Assembly: GCA_963736895.1 (NCBI GenBank)
Contig: CAVTQU010000008.1
Span: 7,679-71,678 of the forward strand
DNA from: an uncultured Chloroflexia bacterium
GTDB lineage: Bacteria; Chloroflexota; Limnocylindria; Limnocylindrales; CSP1-4
Length of the DNA: 64,000 nucleotides
Direction of reading: 5' to 3'
Shown piece after piece: positions 29,546 through 40,237 of the stretch. The notes under the pieces were generated by a model. That model saw only the letters and a list, made by a program, of their open reading frames with translations, searched no databases and was not told the DNA's origin. Numbering within the stretch: position 1 is the first letter of the stretch; every line of letters starts with the position of its first letter. The translations under genes were made by a program, and so were the position numbers.

Positions 29546-32335
29546 GTGAGTGGCGCCGCGGAACTCCTGGGAGTCCACGCCAACACCGTTAGAGCCTGGA
29601 CAGACCAAGGCCTGCTCACCTGCCTGCGCATCAACACGCGCGGCGATCGCCGCTATCGACGGCAGGACATCGACCGTTTCCTCGGCCAGGCCAACCGCCC
29701 CGCGCTGTCTCTCTCGAAGCAGGGACGTGCCCGGGTTGCCGTCGACCGCCCACGCCCCGCCAACGTTGAGCAGTCGCGCCGCACCAACGCGGTGCTCGAC
29801 GAGGTCGCCCGCATCTCGGCCGACGCCGACGACTTCGACCGATTGGTCACAGATGTTGCCTCTGCGCTGTGCACGGTCGCCGGATACGCAAGCGCCGGAC
29901 TGGCGGGCAGCAATGGTCGGCTGACTCAGCTCGTCGGTCGAACCAGGGCCGACAGTCGCGTTGTCGATCAAGTCATGCGCACCCGGCTGCCCACGATCAC
30001 CGCGGTGAGGCGCAGCGACGGCACCTACCGCGCCGGTCTACCCGTGTCGGGCCCCGACGGTTCAATCCAGGTCATGCTTCTGGCCGGCTCGCCCGACACC
30101 AGGACTCAAGACGAGGAAGCACTTCTGCGAACAGTCGCGGCACAGCTGGCCACGGCGGCCAAGATGCGCGGCCGGATGGTCAAGGCCGCCGAAGGCTGGC
30201 GCCGCGCCGAGCTGCTGATGGCGATCAGCAACGACATCGGCTCGCAGCTCGACATGCCACGCATCCTGCGACAGCTCGTGGAACGCGCGACTGAGCTGTT
30301 CAAGGCGGACCACGGCGGCGTCTTCAGCCGGCTGCCGACCGGTCAATATCGGGCCGAGGCGACTCTCAACCTGTCCGCCGAGTTCTGCGACTTCGTGGAG
30401 CACGCAACGACGCTCCCCATTGTTGCCGCGGCGCTCGAACGTGGCGGCGTCCAGTGGGCATCCGACGTGCCCAACGACCCGCGGACGTCGGAGCTGCGCC
30501 ACGCGCTGGTTCGCGAGGGCATCAACACGATCGCTGTCGCGCCATTGCTGTCCGATGGCGAGGCTCTCGGCGCGCTGGCCATCTCGCACGACCGATCCTT
30601 CGAGTGGACGCCATCCGATCTCGAGCTGTTCGATCAGCTCGCCAGCCAGGCCTCGATGATGCTGCGCAACGCTCAGAACTACAGCCAGATGGCGACATGG
30701 GCGGCGCAGCTCCAATCGATCCAGCAGCTTGGCGCCCGACTCACCCGCCTACGCACTGTGGGCGAGATCGGACACGCCATCTGCACCGAGCTCGACCAGC
30801 TGATCGATTTCCACAACGTCCGCGTCTACCGGATCGCCGGCGAGGACTGCATTCCGGTCGCGTGGCGCGGCCAGATCGGCGAGTACGAAGGCGAGGACAT
30901 GGAGCAGCTCAAGCTCGTTGTCGGTCAAGGCGTGACCGGCTGGGTTGCTCGCTACGGTCTGGCACAAAACGTGGGCGACGCCGCGAACGATCGCCGCGCA
31001 CAGACCATTCCGGGGACGGAGGACGACCTCGACGAGTCCCTGCTGCTCGCGCCCATGCTGTACGAGGACGAGGTCATCGGCGTCATCGTGCTGGCCAAGC
31101 TCGGCTTGAACCAGTTCAGCTCGGACGACCTGCGCCTCCTCGAGATCTATGCCGCGATCGCGGCCCAGGCCATGGCCAACGCCGATGCCTCCGAGCAGCT
31201 CCACGCGCAGTCAGAGGCACTCACACGCCAGCTCAACAACCAGCGCGAGCTGCTGCGCGTCACCGAGTCGATCCTCTCGACCCTCGACACCCAGGCGCTG
31301 CTCGAGGAGATTGCCGAGCGGCTCAAGGCGCTGCTGACGGTTGACAACATCTACGTCGACGTGCACGACAAGCGCGCCGGTTTGCTGCGGCCGATCTTCG
31401 CCCGCGGCGTCCAGGCGCCCGAGTACCTGGCCGCAACCGCGCCCGACGACATGGGTGTCAGCGGGGAGGTCATTCGCACCGGCGAGGCTCAGCTCGTCCA
31501 GGATGAGCTCGCCGACGAGCGCGTCTACTTCGGCGACCTCGCACACCAGGCGGGCGCGCTCATCGTCGCCCCGTTGCGCAGCGCCGATCGGGTGCAGGGC
31601 GTGCTGACCATCGAACGACTGGGCGCCGAGGCACGCTTCGCGGAGGAGGAGTTCGAGCTCGTCAAGCTGTTCGCGGCGCATGTCTCGATCGCCCTCCAGA
31701 ACGCCGAGGCCCACCGCGCAGTCGAGCTGCGCGCAGAGACCGACACGCTGACCGGGCTGTGGAACCACGGCGCACTGATCGAGCACATCGATGCCCTCGT
31801 CGCCTCGCAGACGAAGTTCTCGATGCTGATGGTCGACCTGGACTTCTTCAAGAAATACAACGACCGTTTCGGCCACCAGGCGGGCAACGTGATGCTCCGC
31901 CAGATCGGCGAGGTCTTGCGCGCTTCGTGCCGCGAGTCGGACCAGGTCTTCCGTTATGGCGGCGACGAGTTCGCCTTGCTGCTGCCGAATACGGGCCGCA
32001 CCGGTGCGCGAACGGTTGCCGAGAAGATCCAGGAGGCCGTCCTGTCGGTCAAGGGCGACCGGCCCGCGCCGGCACCGCTGACATGCTCGATCGGGATCGC
32101 CGCTTTCCCCAGGGATGGGGAGGATGGCCAGGCCATCATTCTCGCCGCGGACCGCGCCTGTTATGCCGGCAAGCGGGCCGGTCGAGCCCGGATCGCAACC
32201 GCGCTCGAGGGCCTGGCACTGGCCGACGAGTTCCAGCCGACCGCGCCGACGCCCAGCGAGCCATCGCCGCACCAGCAGCCCGCTTCCGAGCCCGTCGAGC
32301 GAGCCGAGCTGGCTCCTTCCTACTCTCCGGCCTGA
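29546..32335 (+). CDS. MerR/BldC-like HTH + 4x GAF + GGDEF diguanylate cyclase (true start probably slightly upstream, GTG 29473 with an indel)
   Basis: AAELLGVHANTVRAWTDQG...RGDRRY; four GAF-like repeats; DTLTGLWN, DLDFFKKYNDRFGHQAGN, RESD I-site, RYGGDEF. Confidence 0.9.
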   Translation: MSGAAELLGVHANTVRAWTDQGLLTCLRINTRGDRRYRRQDIDRFLGQANRPALSLSKQGRARVAVDRPRPANVEQSRRTNAVLDEVARISADADDFDRLVTDVASALCTVAGYASAGLAGSNGRLTQLVGRTRADSRVVDQVMRTRLPTITAVRRSDGTYRAGLPVSGPDGSIQVMLLAGSPDTRTQDEEALLRTVAAQLATAAKMRGRMVKAAEGWRRAELLMAISNDIGSQLDMPRILRQLVERATELFKADHGGVFSRLPTGQYRAEATLNLSAEFCDFVEHATTLPIVAAALERGGVQWASDVPNDPRTSELRHALVREGINTIAVAPLLSDGEALGALAISHDRSFEWTPSDLELFDQLASQASMMLRNAQNYSQMATWAAQLQSIQQLGARLTRLRTVGEIGHAICTELDQLIDFHNVRVYRIAGEDCIPVAWRGQIGEYEGEDMEQLKLVVGQGVTGWVARYGLAQNVGDAANDRRAQTIPGTEDDLDESLLLAPMLYEDEVIGVIVLAKLGLNQFSSDDLRLLEIYAAIAAQAMANADASEQLHAQSEALTRQLNNQRELLRVTESILSTLDTQALLEEIAERLKALLTVDNIYVDVHDKRAGLLRPIFARGVQAPEYLAATAPDDMGVSGEVIRTGEAQLVQDELADERVYFGDLAHQAGALIVAPLRSADRVQGVLTIERLGAEARFAEEEFELVKLFAAHVSIALQNAEAHRAVELRAETDTLTGLWNHGALIEHIDALVASQTKFSMLMVDLDFFKKYNDRFGHQAGNVMLRQIGEVLRASCRESDQVFRYGGDEFALLLPNTGRTGARTVAEKIQEAVLSVKGDRPAPAPLTCSIGIAAFPRDGEDGQAIILAADRACYAGKRAGRARIATALEGLALADEFQPTAPTPSEPSPHQQPASEPVERAELAPSYSPA

Positions 32336-33237
32336 CGAGCCTTCCTGGGGGTTCGTCCCGCCCCTGCGCCTGATCGTCGGCGCGAGATCTTCACAACGCT
32401 TCCTTCGTCGAGTCCCAGTGTCTGTGCGGCATTGCCCTGGTTCTGGGCGATGCACAGCCGGCCATACGAATCCTCGTAGAGCAGACATTCGGCGGCCGCG
32501 ACGTCTCCAAAGGTCTGCGCCCACGTCATCTCGGTCTTGTCGACCACCACCCGGTCTCCGTGGCTCAGGGTGGCGAGCGCGGTGTTCAGATCGGCCGTGA
32601 GACCGGCAAGTTTCAGGTTGCCGAACGTGTCGCGGTAGATGACGGAGGTCTCGAGCTCGCCGTCGCGCACGACGACACTTGGCCAGTCGAGCGCCACCAG
32701 CTCCCCCGGGTCGACTGGCGGACCGAATTCCTGGATTGGCACGCCGAGCGCCAGGTGGGCCGCGGCCGGCGTAAAGAGGTCGCGGCCGTGGAAGGTGGAG
32801 CTCAGGACTGGAAGTCGGTACTGCGGGTTATCGAGCTCGTGGACGCGGACGATGCCGCCCACCCTTTCCGCGCCGGGCAGCAGCGAGCCGTTGTCGGGAC
32901 CGACGAGGAAGTCACCGCGACCCGTCTCGATGGCGATTGGCCGGCGCGCCGTACCGACCCCCGGATCCACCACGCACACGTGCGCGCCGACTGGCAGGAA
33001 CGGGAGGGCGCACCAAAGCATCAGCGCGCCGTGGCGGATGTTGTACTTGTCGATCTCGTGAGTGATGTCGACGATCAGCGCGTCCGGCGCGATGCCCAGC
33101 ACCACGCCACGGCAGATTGCCGGTGATGGATCGCGAACGCCCCAGTCCGAGGTGAGACTGACGAACGGACGGCTGGCGTCGCGCCTCGATCTGGCGGCGG
33201 CGGGCGTGGTCAGGACGTGAGTGAAGCTTCGGGCCAT
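32320..33237 (-). CDS. SAM hydroxide adenosyltransferase / SAM-dependent halogenase family (DUF62)
   Basis: SLTSDWG, VDITH, VVDPGVGTARR, LVGPDNG, SSTFHGRDLF, YRDTFGN. Confidence 0.92.
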   Translation of the reverse strand: MARSFTHVLTTPAAARSRRDASRPFVSLTSDWGVRDPSPAICRGVVLGIAPDALIVDITHEIDKYNIRHGALMLWCALPFLPVGAHVCVVDPGVGTARRPIAIETGRGDFLVGPDNGSLLPGAERVGGIVRVHELDNPQYRLPVLSSTFHGRDLFTPAAAHLALGVPIQEFGPPVDPGELVALDWPSVVVRDGELETSVIYRDTFGNLKLAGLTADLNTALATLSHGDRVVVDKTEMTWAQTFGDVAAAECLLYEDSYGRLCIAQNQGNAAQTLGLDEGSVVKISRRRSGAGAGRTPRKARQAGE

Positions 33238-33308
33238 GATCGACCGATGGTATGCGGAATGCGTTCGGCGTCGTACGCAGGCAGCAGGCACGCTAACTTG
33301 ATCGCCAC

Positions 33309-34310
33309 ATGACCGATGCAAGTGACCGCGGCGGCGCCAAGTGGGACCGCGCGGCGCGTTACCTCAAGATCGCGATGTTGTTGCGCGACCATCCCGACGG
33401 CATGACCGCGCAGGGACTGGCCGATCGCATCGGCGTGGCCAAGCGAACGATCTATCGCGACCTGGACGCGATGGACCTCGACGCCGGCCTGCCCATCTGG
33501 AACGACAAGGGAAAGTTCGGGCTGGAGGGCGAGGCTTTCCTCCCGCCACTCGCATTGACTTTGCACGAGGCTACGACCCTGTTCCTCGCGGCACGGATGC
33601 TGGCCAAGGCAAGCGACGAGCACGACACCGAGCTGATCGGCGCCTTCGTCAAGCTGGCCCAGATCCTGCCGCCGGTGCTTGCCCAGCACATCGAGGAGAC
33701 GGTTGACGCGTTCGCCACGACGCCGGCGAATGAGCGATTCACGCGGGTTTTCCGGGTGCTCGCCGAGGCTTGGGCACAGCGGCGCGTGGTCGAGATCGAA
33801 TACGACGCCGGCGTCTACGACCCATCCAAGGGTCCCCGACGAACGCGGGTGCAGCCACTGGCAATCGAGCCGTCAGCGCTGACCCACGCGCTGTACCTGA
33901 TGGGCTGGGATGAGTCGCGCAAGGCGCGGCGGACATTCAAGGTCGAGCGCATCATCTCCGCGTCCCTGACTCCGGACACGTTCGAGCCACCGCCCGGTGC
34001 GGCTACTGCCAAGGACCTGCTCCGCGCCTGGGACGTCATCGCCGACGAGGACCCGGTAAGCGTCGTCATCCGCTTCTCCCCGTCCGTTGCGAAACGGGCG
34101 GCCGAGACACGCTGGCATCCCAGCCAGGAGCTGGAGCAACAGGCGGACGGCAGCCTCATCTGGCGCGGCCAGGTCGCGGGAATGCGCGAGATCAAGATCT
34201 GGATCCTCGGCTGGGGCGCCGACGCAGAAGTCCTCGAGCCACACGACCTGCGGGCGGACATCGCAGAGGAGCTGGCCAAGGCCGCCGCCCTTTATGCAGC
34301 GGGTGACTGA
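33309..34310 (+). CDS. WYL-domain transcriptional regulator (HTH-WYL-WCX; PafBC/YafY-like)
   Basis: LADRIGVAKRTIYRDLDAM, RVQPLAI...LYLMGWD...RTFKVERI, WILGWGADAEVLEPHDLR. Confidence 0.93.
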   Translation: MTDASDRGGAKWDRAARYLKIAMLLRDHPDGMTAQGLADRIGVAKRTIYRDLDAMDLDAGLPIWNDKGKFGLEGEAFLPPLALTLHEATTLFLAARMLAKASDEHDTELIGAFVKLAQILPPVLAQHIEETVDAFATTPANERFTRVFRVLAEAWAQRRVVEIEYDAGVYDPSKGPRRTRVQPLAIEPSALTHALYLMGWDESRKARRTFKVERIISASLTPDTFEPPPGAATAKDLLRAWDVIADEDPVSVVIRFSPSVAKRAAETRWHPSQELEQQADGSLIWRGQVAGMREIKIWILGWGADAEVLEPHDLRADIAEELAKAAALYAAGD

Positions 34311-34505
34311 ACGGACGGCTCAACCACCCCGGCACGTCCGAAACCGCCCCCACGCCCCCGAATCCGACCTTCGTAAAGGTCTTCAACCGACTTTTCAGTC
34401 AGGCCGCGCATGGAATGACGCCCGGACAGCCCTTGGGCGCCTCAGTCGATGCGTCCGTGCGTCAGTTCAGTCACCCGACGCATGACCACAGCGCAATCAG
34501 ACGTT

Positions 34506-34702
34506 TCTGGCACGCCATGCGTGTCAACGGATGGCCGAAGCCGCGCCAGATGGGTGATGAGGCCTGTTTGGCGGTCATCTGGCACGCAACTGGTGCCAAT
34601 CAACGGCTGAAGCCCCGCGGATTGGGGTCGGTGACCCTATTTTTGGGTTTGGGGCAGCCGTTCGTTGCAGTTCGTTCGCCCGTTGGCACGCGGAGAGTGC
34701 CA
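34506..34702. repeat. Cluster of three TGGCAC-N7-GTG(C/T)CA palindromic repeats
   Basis: 34508-34526, 34580-34598, 34684-34702; copies 1 and 2 align at 29/40 nt, copy 3 is inverted. Confidence 0.7.
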
Positions 34703-34714
34703 GCGACGGGCGAC

Positions 34715-35134
34715 CTACGCGTGGGCCGGCTGCTTCGCCCTGGCCGCTGCGTGAGCAGCAGCTCGGAAGCGCCGCAGCCAGTAGCGCCACATCTCCTGGT
34801 GGAGCTCGACCTGGTCGGGGCGCAGCCCGACCTGCCGGATCGTGACGTGAGTGCGGGACCCGTGATCAATCGCGTCGAACGCGACGACTGACGGCCGTCC
34901 CAGCGGCTCCGTCTGCCAGTCCCAGGTGAACGAGATGTGCTGCGGCTCGTCGACCGCAAGAACCTTGCCGGTGGCCACGCCGTCACGTAGCCGGAGCCGC
35001 ACCGGCGCGCCCACCTTGGCCTCCAGCTCGGCCGAATCCAGCCACGTTGCGAGTCCTTCGGCCGTGCCCAGAAGCGGGTAGATCAGCTCGCGCGGCGCAT
35101 CGACCTCCGTCTGCAGCTCGACTCGGTCGTTCAT
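34715..35134 (-). CDS. SRPBCC/AHSA1-domain protein
   Basis: VDAPRELIY...GLATW, GKVLAVDEPQHISFTWDW, THVTIRQ, H...W..WL. Confidence 0.85.
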   Translation of the reverse strand: MNDRVELQTEVDAPRELIYPLLGTAEGLATWLDSAELEAKVGAPVRLRLRDGVATGKVLAVDEPQHISFTWDWQTEPLGRPSVVAFDAIDHGSRTHVTIRQVGLRPDQVELHQEMWRYWLRRFRAAAHAAARAKQPAHA

Positions 35135-37149
35135 GCAGCGTCGGGGTGGGGCCGCGCCGGCCTGAATCGGAAGTACGCCCAGAACAGCACCGAGGCGAGC
35201 CCGAACCCGACCAGCAGCACGATCAGCGTGATGAACGACGTCCGAGTCGTGTCGGCGAGGTAGCCGGCGCTGGGGTTGAGCAGCACGTGGGCGAAACCGA
35301 ACAGGCCAATCGCGATGAGGACCAGCCACACGCGCCGGTTCCAGTTGTAGACCGCCTCGCCCGGCAGGAACCGAAGCGGCAGCATCGCGAACACGGCATT
35401 CTCCAGACCGGCGACGACGATCGTGACCGTGGCCGACTGCAGAATCGCGGAGCCCAGGTCGAATTCCCCGTTCTGGCCTCCGCGCAGGAAGCTCAGCGTC
35501 ACCCAGGCGACGAGCGCCACGACCAGCGACGAGCCGGCGGCAATCGCCTCGGTGCGGCCCTCCTGTTCGCGCGACAGCGCCGAGGCAAAGAAGAAGCCGA
35601 TCACCAGTCCGTACAGGTATCCCGGCTGGAAGTTGGCGAACCGGCTGACCAGCACGCAGATCAGACCCACGACCAGCGTGATCGGCAGAGCTCTCGTCAC
35701 GAGTTGGAACTTGGCCGAGCGCGAGAAGACGAACAGCGGCACGCCGTAGGCAAGGAGGACGACGACCAGCCCAATCGCGAGGCCAAGGAACGTCGCCACC
35801 GAGCCGATGTTGATACCGAACGTCGGATCGAGGAAGCAGTACAGAAGCGCGCTCAAACCGATGAAGCCGAGTATCCCGAGCGGCGTCCGCCAGACGTCTC
35901 GTTGCGTGACGGCGTCACCGCCGAGCTCGGCGCCCAACGGTCGAGCAAGGATTGGCTCCGTGGCCTGGGCCTCGGCTTCGGTCGCCGGCCCGGCGGGCAT
36001 CAGAACTGGCTCTGGCAGTGGCGGAGCGATCGGTCCACCCGCATCGGTAGTGGACGCACCCGGAGGCTGGGCTGCAGGATCGACCGGCGCAGGCTGGGCT
36101 GCACTTTGTGATCGGGCCCGTCGCTCATCTCGTTTTCGCCCGACCCATGCCCGGAAGGCGGCAAACTGCCGCGCCAGCCAGAGGCGGAGTCGGTGCACGC
36201 CAGCCATGACCTCGTCGTAGTTCTCCTCGAGCGTGCTGTTGAAGAGCGCCGAGGGGAACGGGACGAGCACGATCACGCCGGCCGTGACCGCGACGCTCTG
36301 TGCGATTACCACGGGGTCCAGCGAGATCTGGGTGGGGTCGGGAACGGAATCCTTGAATGGCTCCTGGACGGGGCCGCGGCCCTGTGGCGAGAAGAACGTG
36401 TCGTGCGAGATAGTGGTCGTCTGGCCCGGCGCAACACTCACCGGCCAGCTGAGGCCGGCGCCGTTGTCGACCGCCTCGGTGCACAGGCAGGTATCGGGGA
36501 ATGGTTGCTGAGACTGGATGGCCGCCCAGACCGAGCCGTATTCGCCTTCCATGTAGCGACTGCCGCCGGTGATCGGCGTCCACTGCTCGATGCGCTGGCC
36601 AAGCGTTGGATCGACGATGCACGCCGGCGCACCGTTGTCCACGCGGCCGAAGCCGACGTCACTCTCCTGCAGGTAGCAGTCGCCCGCCCGATAGAGGATG
36701 CCCGCTATCGCTTGCGCACCGTTGTTGGTGATCGTGACGTCCGTTCGATAGGACTGGGAGCCAGCCGCATAGCTGTCGACCTGCTGGATCTGGATCCCGG
36801 TGGCGCCTGCCCCTACAACGGTGGTGATCTGGCCTGACCCAGCCACCTGGCTCACCTGTGTCCAGGGAGTCTGGCCAAAGTCGCCGGAAGGGATGTCGCT
36901 GGGCCCATATACGGTGCCGCCGACGGCCAGAAACGTGCCGCAGGCTCCAATCTCGCTTCCGAACAGCTCGAGCTCGGTGTCGTCTCGATGAGCGACCTGG
37001 CAGTTCAGGTCGTCGGTGACGATGATCCGTGTCAGCGGCCCCTGCGCTGACGCCATCTCCTCCTGCGCGGCGAGGATCGGCGACGCCACGAGGGCGAGCA
37101 GTGCGCCACCACACACCAGGGCTGCAGCAAGCCGGATCTTCCGATGCAC
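35131..37149 (-). CDS. Secreted-domain multi-pass membrane protein (FGLLP-motif family-like)
   Basis: Signal peptide, Cys-containing extracellular domain, FPSALFNSTLEENYDE, QPGYLYG, VFAMLPLRFLPG. Confidence 0.65.
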   Translation of the reverse strand: MHRKIRLAAALVCGGALLALVASPILAAQEEMASAQGPLTRIIVTDDLNCQVAHRDDTELELFGSEIGACGTFLAVGGTVYGPSDIPSGDFGQTPWTQVSQVAGSGQITTVVGAGATGIQIQQVDSYAAGSQSYRTDVTITNNGAQAIAGILYRAGDCYLQESDVGFGRVDNGAPACIVDPTLGQRIEQWTPITGGSRYMEGEYGSVWAAIQSQQPFPDTCLCTEAVDNGAGLSWPVSVAPGQTTTISHDTFFSPQGRGPVQEPFKDSVPDPTQISLDPVVIAQSVAVTAGVIVLVPFPSALFNSTLEENYDEVMAGVHRLRLWLARQFAAFRAWVGRKRDERRARSQSAAQPAPVDPAAQPPGASTTDAGGPIAPPLPEPVLMPAGPATEAEAQATEPILARPLGAELGGDAVTQRDVWRTPLGILGFIGLSALLYCFLDPTFGINIGSVATFLGLAIGLVVVLLAYGVPLFVFSRSAKFQLVTRALPITLVVGLICVLVSRFANFQPGYLYGLVIGFFFASALSREQEGRTEAIAAGSSLVVALVAWVTLSFLRGGQNGEFDLGSAILQSATVTIVVAGLENAVFAMLPLRFLPGEAVYNWNRRVWLVLIAIGLFGFAHVLLNPSAGYLADTTRTSFITLIVLLVGFGLASVLFWAYFRFRPARPHPDAA

Positions 37150-37195
37150 GGCGACAGAGTACGTGCGGATCAGGCGCTCGGCTGAGAGATTTGGG

Positions 37196-38652
37196 TTAGA
37201 CCTGCTTGACGGCCGCCACGAGCTGGGTCAGGCCCTCGCGCGCGTCGGCGAAGAGCATTCCCGTCTTTGGATTGAGGTACAGCTCGTTATCGATGCCCGC
37301 GTAACCCGGCCGCATCGAGCGCTTCATCACGATGATGCTGCGCGCGTGATCCACGTTGAGGATGGGCATCCCGTAGATCGGGCTCTGCGGGTTGGTGCGC
37401 GCCGCTGGGTTGGTCACGTCGTTCGCGCCGACCACGAGCGCTACATCGGCTCTGTCGAACTCGGGGTTGATCTCGTCCATCTCCTTGAGCTGCGGGTAGG
37501 GCACGTTGGCCTCGGCCAGCAGCACGTTCATGTGGCCGGGCATTCGTCCGGCGACGGGATGGATTGCGTACGAGACCTCGACACCGCGGCCCTCCAGCAG
37601 CTCGGCCAGCTCGCGGACGGCGTGCTGCGCCTGGGCAACGGCAAGGCCGTAGCCGGGCACGATGATCACTTTCTGGGCATAGGCGAGCTGGATGGCCGCG
37701 TCGTCGAGGCTGACCTCGCGGACGTTGCCGCCCTCGCCGTCGGGACCGGCTGCGCCTGCGGTGGCGTCTCCGCCTCCGAAGCCACCGACCATGATGCTGG
37801 CGATCGACCGATTCATGGCGTCGGCCATGAGCTTGGTCAGGATCGCGCCCGAGGCTCCGACCAGGGCGCCGGCGATGATCAGCACCGGGTTGCCGATGAC
37901 GAAGCCGGCCATCGCCGCGGCCGTGCCGGTGAACGAGTTGAGCAGCGAGATGACGACGGGCATGTCGGCGCCGCCGATCGGCAGCACCATCGTGATGCCG
38001 AACACAGCGCGGCAACGACGATCAAGCCGAGGACGATGATCGCGATCTCCGAGGTCAGGGTGACAACCCCGGCGGCGCCGAGGACGAGCAGGACGAAACC
38101 GGCCACGGTGCCCAGGGCGAGGACGACAGTCAGCAGACGCGACCCGGGGAAGAAGATGGGCTTGCCGGGGACGATGCCCTGCAGCTTGCCCGAGGCGATC
38201 AGCGAACCGCTGAACGTAACCGAGCCAATCACGGCGCCGAGGACCACGAAGATCGCGGTCGAGACTTCCATCTCACCAAGCTGGACGCCGCGGATGTAGT
38301 CGTCGATGGCCACCAGCGCGGCTGCGCCGCCGCCGACCGCGTTGAACAGCGAGACGAGCTGGGGCATGGCCGTCATCTGGACCTTGCGGGCGAGGTATAG
38401 GCCGATGCCACCGCCGATGATGAAGCCGCCAACGATGATGATCAGCGGCATCGGGCTGTTGCCGAGGCCGCCCGGGCGAAGGATCAGCCATACGAGCGTG
38501 GCCAGGACTGCCAGCGTCATGCCACCAGCCGACAGGCGGTTGCCGCCGCGCGCCGTAGCCGGCGAGTTCATCTGGTGCAGGCCAAGCACGAAGGCGGCCG
38601 CTCCCGCCAGCCAGGCCAGGAAAACGAAGGTGTAGATCCACTCCTGGCTCAT
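37196..38652 (-). CDS. pntB: NAD(P) transhydrogenase subunit beta (frameshifted)
   Basis: MTAMPQLVSLFNAVGG, GSVTFSGS, IGGADMPVVISLLNS, PGYGLAVAQAQH, HPVAGRMPGHMNVLLAEA, GANDVTNPAA. Confidence 0.96.
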
Positions 38653-38991
38653 CAGGGCTTGGCCTCTGTCGCGCTCTCGGCCGATTCATCGACCTTGGGC
38701 GCCGGGGTCTCGCGCTTGCGGAACATCTGGAGCATCCGGTCGGTGACCACGTAGCCGCCAACGACGTTCGCGGCACCAAAGACGACCGCGACGAACGCGA
38801 GCAGGTAGCTCAGCGGGTTGTCGGCCGTGGCCGCGATCAGCATCGCGCCAACCAAGAACAATGCCGTGGATGGAGTTGGCGCCGGACATCAACGGGGTGT
38901 GCAGCGTTGCCGGGACCTTCGAGATGACCTCGAAACCGACCAGGATGGCCAGCACGAAGATGGCGATCGAGTTGAGCAGCTCGGGGCTCAC
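38652..38991 (-). CDS. pntAB: NAD(P) transhydrogenase subunit alpha part 2 (frameshifted)
   Basis: VISKVPATLHTPLMSGANSIHG, NVVGGYVVTDRMLQMF. Confidence 0.93.
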
Positions 38992-40146
38992 TTGGGGGCC
39001 TCCTGCTTGTCGGGATCGAGGAGCTTCTTGGTCGCTTCCTGGACCACGGCGCCGTCCTTGGTGATCACGGTCGCAGCGGTGATCTCATCGCTCATGTCGA
39101 GGTTCAGCTCACCGTCCTTCAGCAGATGGGCCAGGAAAGTCGAGAGGTTGCGCGCGTAGAACTGGCTTGCCCCGGCGGGCATTGTGGCCGGCAGGTTGGT
39201 CGGCGCGAGGACCGTGACGCCGTTGTCGGTGACGACCGTCTCCTCGGGCTTGGACAGCTCCACGTTGCCACCCAGCGCACTGGCCGCCATGTCGACGATC
39301 ACCGAGCCCGGCTTCATGCCACTGACTGCCTTCGCGGTTACGAGCAGCGGCGGCCGGCGACCGGGCACCTGTGCGGTGGTGATGACGACGTCCATGCGAG
39401 CCGATGTGGTCGTTGAGCTCGTTCTGCTGCGCCTCGCGCTCCTCCGCTGTTAGCTCCCGGGCATAGCCGCCGGTGCCACTCGCGTCGGCGACCGACTTCA
39501 GAACGATGAACTGGGCGCCCAGCGACTCTGCCTGTTCCCGCGTCTCCGAGCGCACGTCGTAGGCCTTCACGATCGCACCCAATCGGCGTGCCGTGGCGAT
39601 GGCCTGCAGGCCGGCAACGCCGATCCCCAGTACGAGCACGTTGGCGGGACGAGCCGTGCCCGCGGCGGTGGTCAGAAGCGGGAAGTAGCGGCCGTACGCC
39701 TCAGCGGCCATCAGCACGGCGCGGTAGCCGCCGACGTTGGCCTGCGACGAGAGGACGTCCATCGATTGTGCCCGGCTCAGCGTGCGCGGGATCGCGTCAA
39801 GGCTGATCGCCGTCACGCCCTTCTTGGCGAGCGTCGCCATGAGCTGCGGATCGATGAGCGGCTGCAGCAACCCGACGACAACCTGGCCCTGGCGCAGCGA
39901 GTCGACGTCCGCGTCGTCGGGCTTCTGGACGCGGACGATCGCGTCGGCCTGGCTGTACACCTCGTCGCGCGAAGCCAGCTTGGCGCCGGCATCGGCAAAC
40001 GCCTGATCCGGAATGGACGCGCCGTCGCCAGCACCGCGCTCGACCAGGACTTCCGCCCCTGCGGCGAGAAGTGGTTTCAGCGCATCCGGCACGAGCGCGA
40101 CGCGCCGCTCATTGGGCGCGCGCTCTTTTACGAGACCGATTTTCAT
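38988..40146 (-). CDS. pntAA: NAD(P) transhydrogenase subunit alpha part 1 (frameshifted)
   Basis: ERRVALVP, PRTLSRAQSMDVLSSQAN, GIGVAGLQAIATARRLGA, GGYA, DVVITTAQVPGR. Confidence 0.95.
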
Positions 40147-40237
40147 GAGAGACCCTTGGGCAAATGCTGGGGAAGTGGTCGGAAGAATAGCCTCCCACAA
40201 GGAAGCGCGAGCAATCGCTTGAGCGAGGGTTTGCGCT

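Noticed and set aside
32320-33237. Fluorinase/chlorinase (halometabolite) call
   Set aside because: No biosynthetic cluster context; most DUF62 members are SAM hydroxide adenosyltransferases and specificity cannot be read by eye
34506-34702. Mini-CRISPR or sigma54 promoter interpretation of the TGGCAC repeats
   Set aside because: Repeats are degenerate, unevenly spaced and one is inverted, with no cas genes; the TTGC -12 element is absent and the region lies between convergent genes
37196-40146. Transhydrogenase as part of the flavoprotein-cyt b system
   Set aside because: 19 kb away with unrelated genes between; ordinary three-gene pnt operon, so any link is only metabolic speculation
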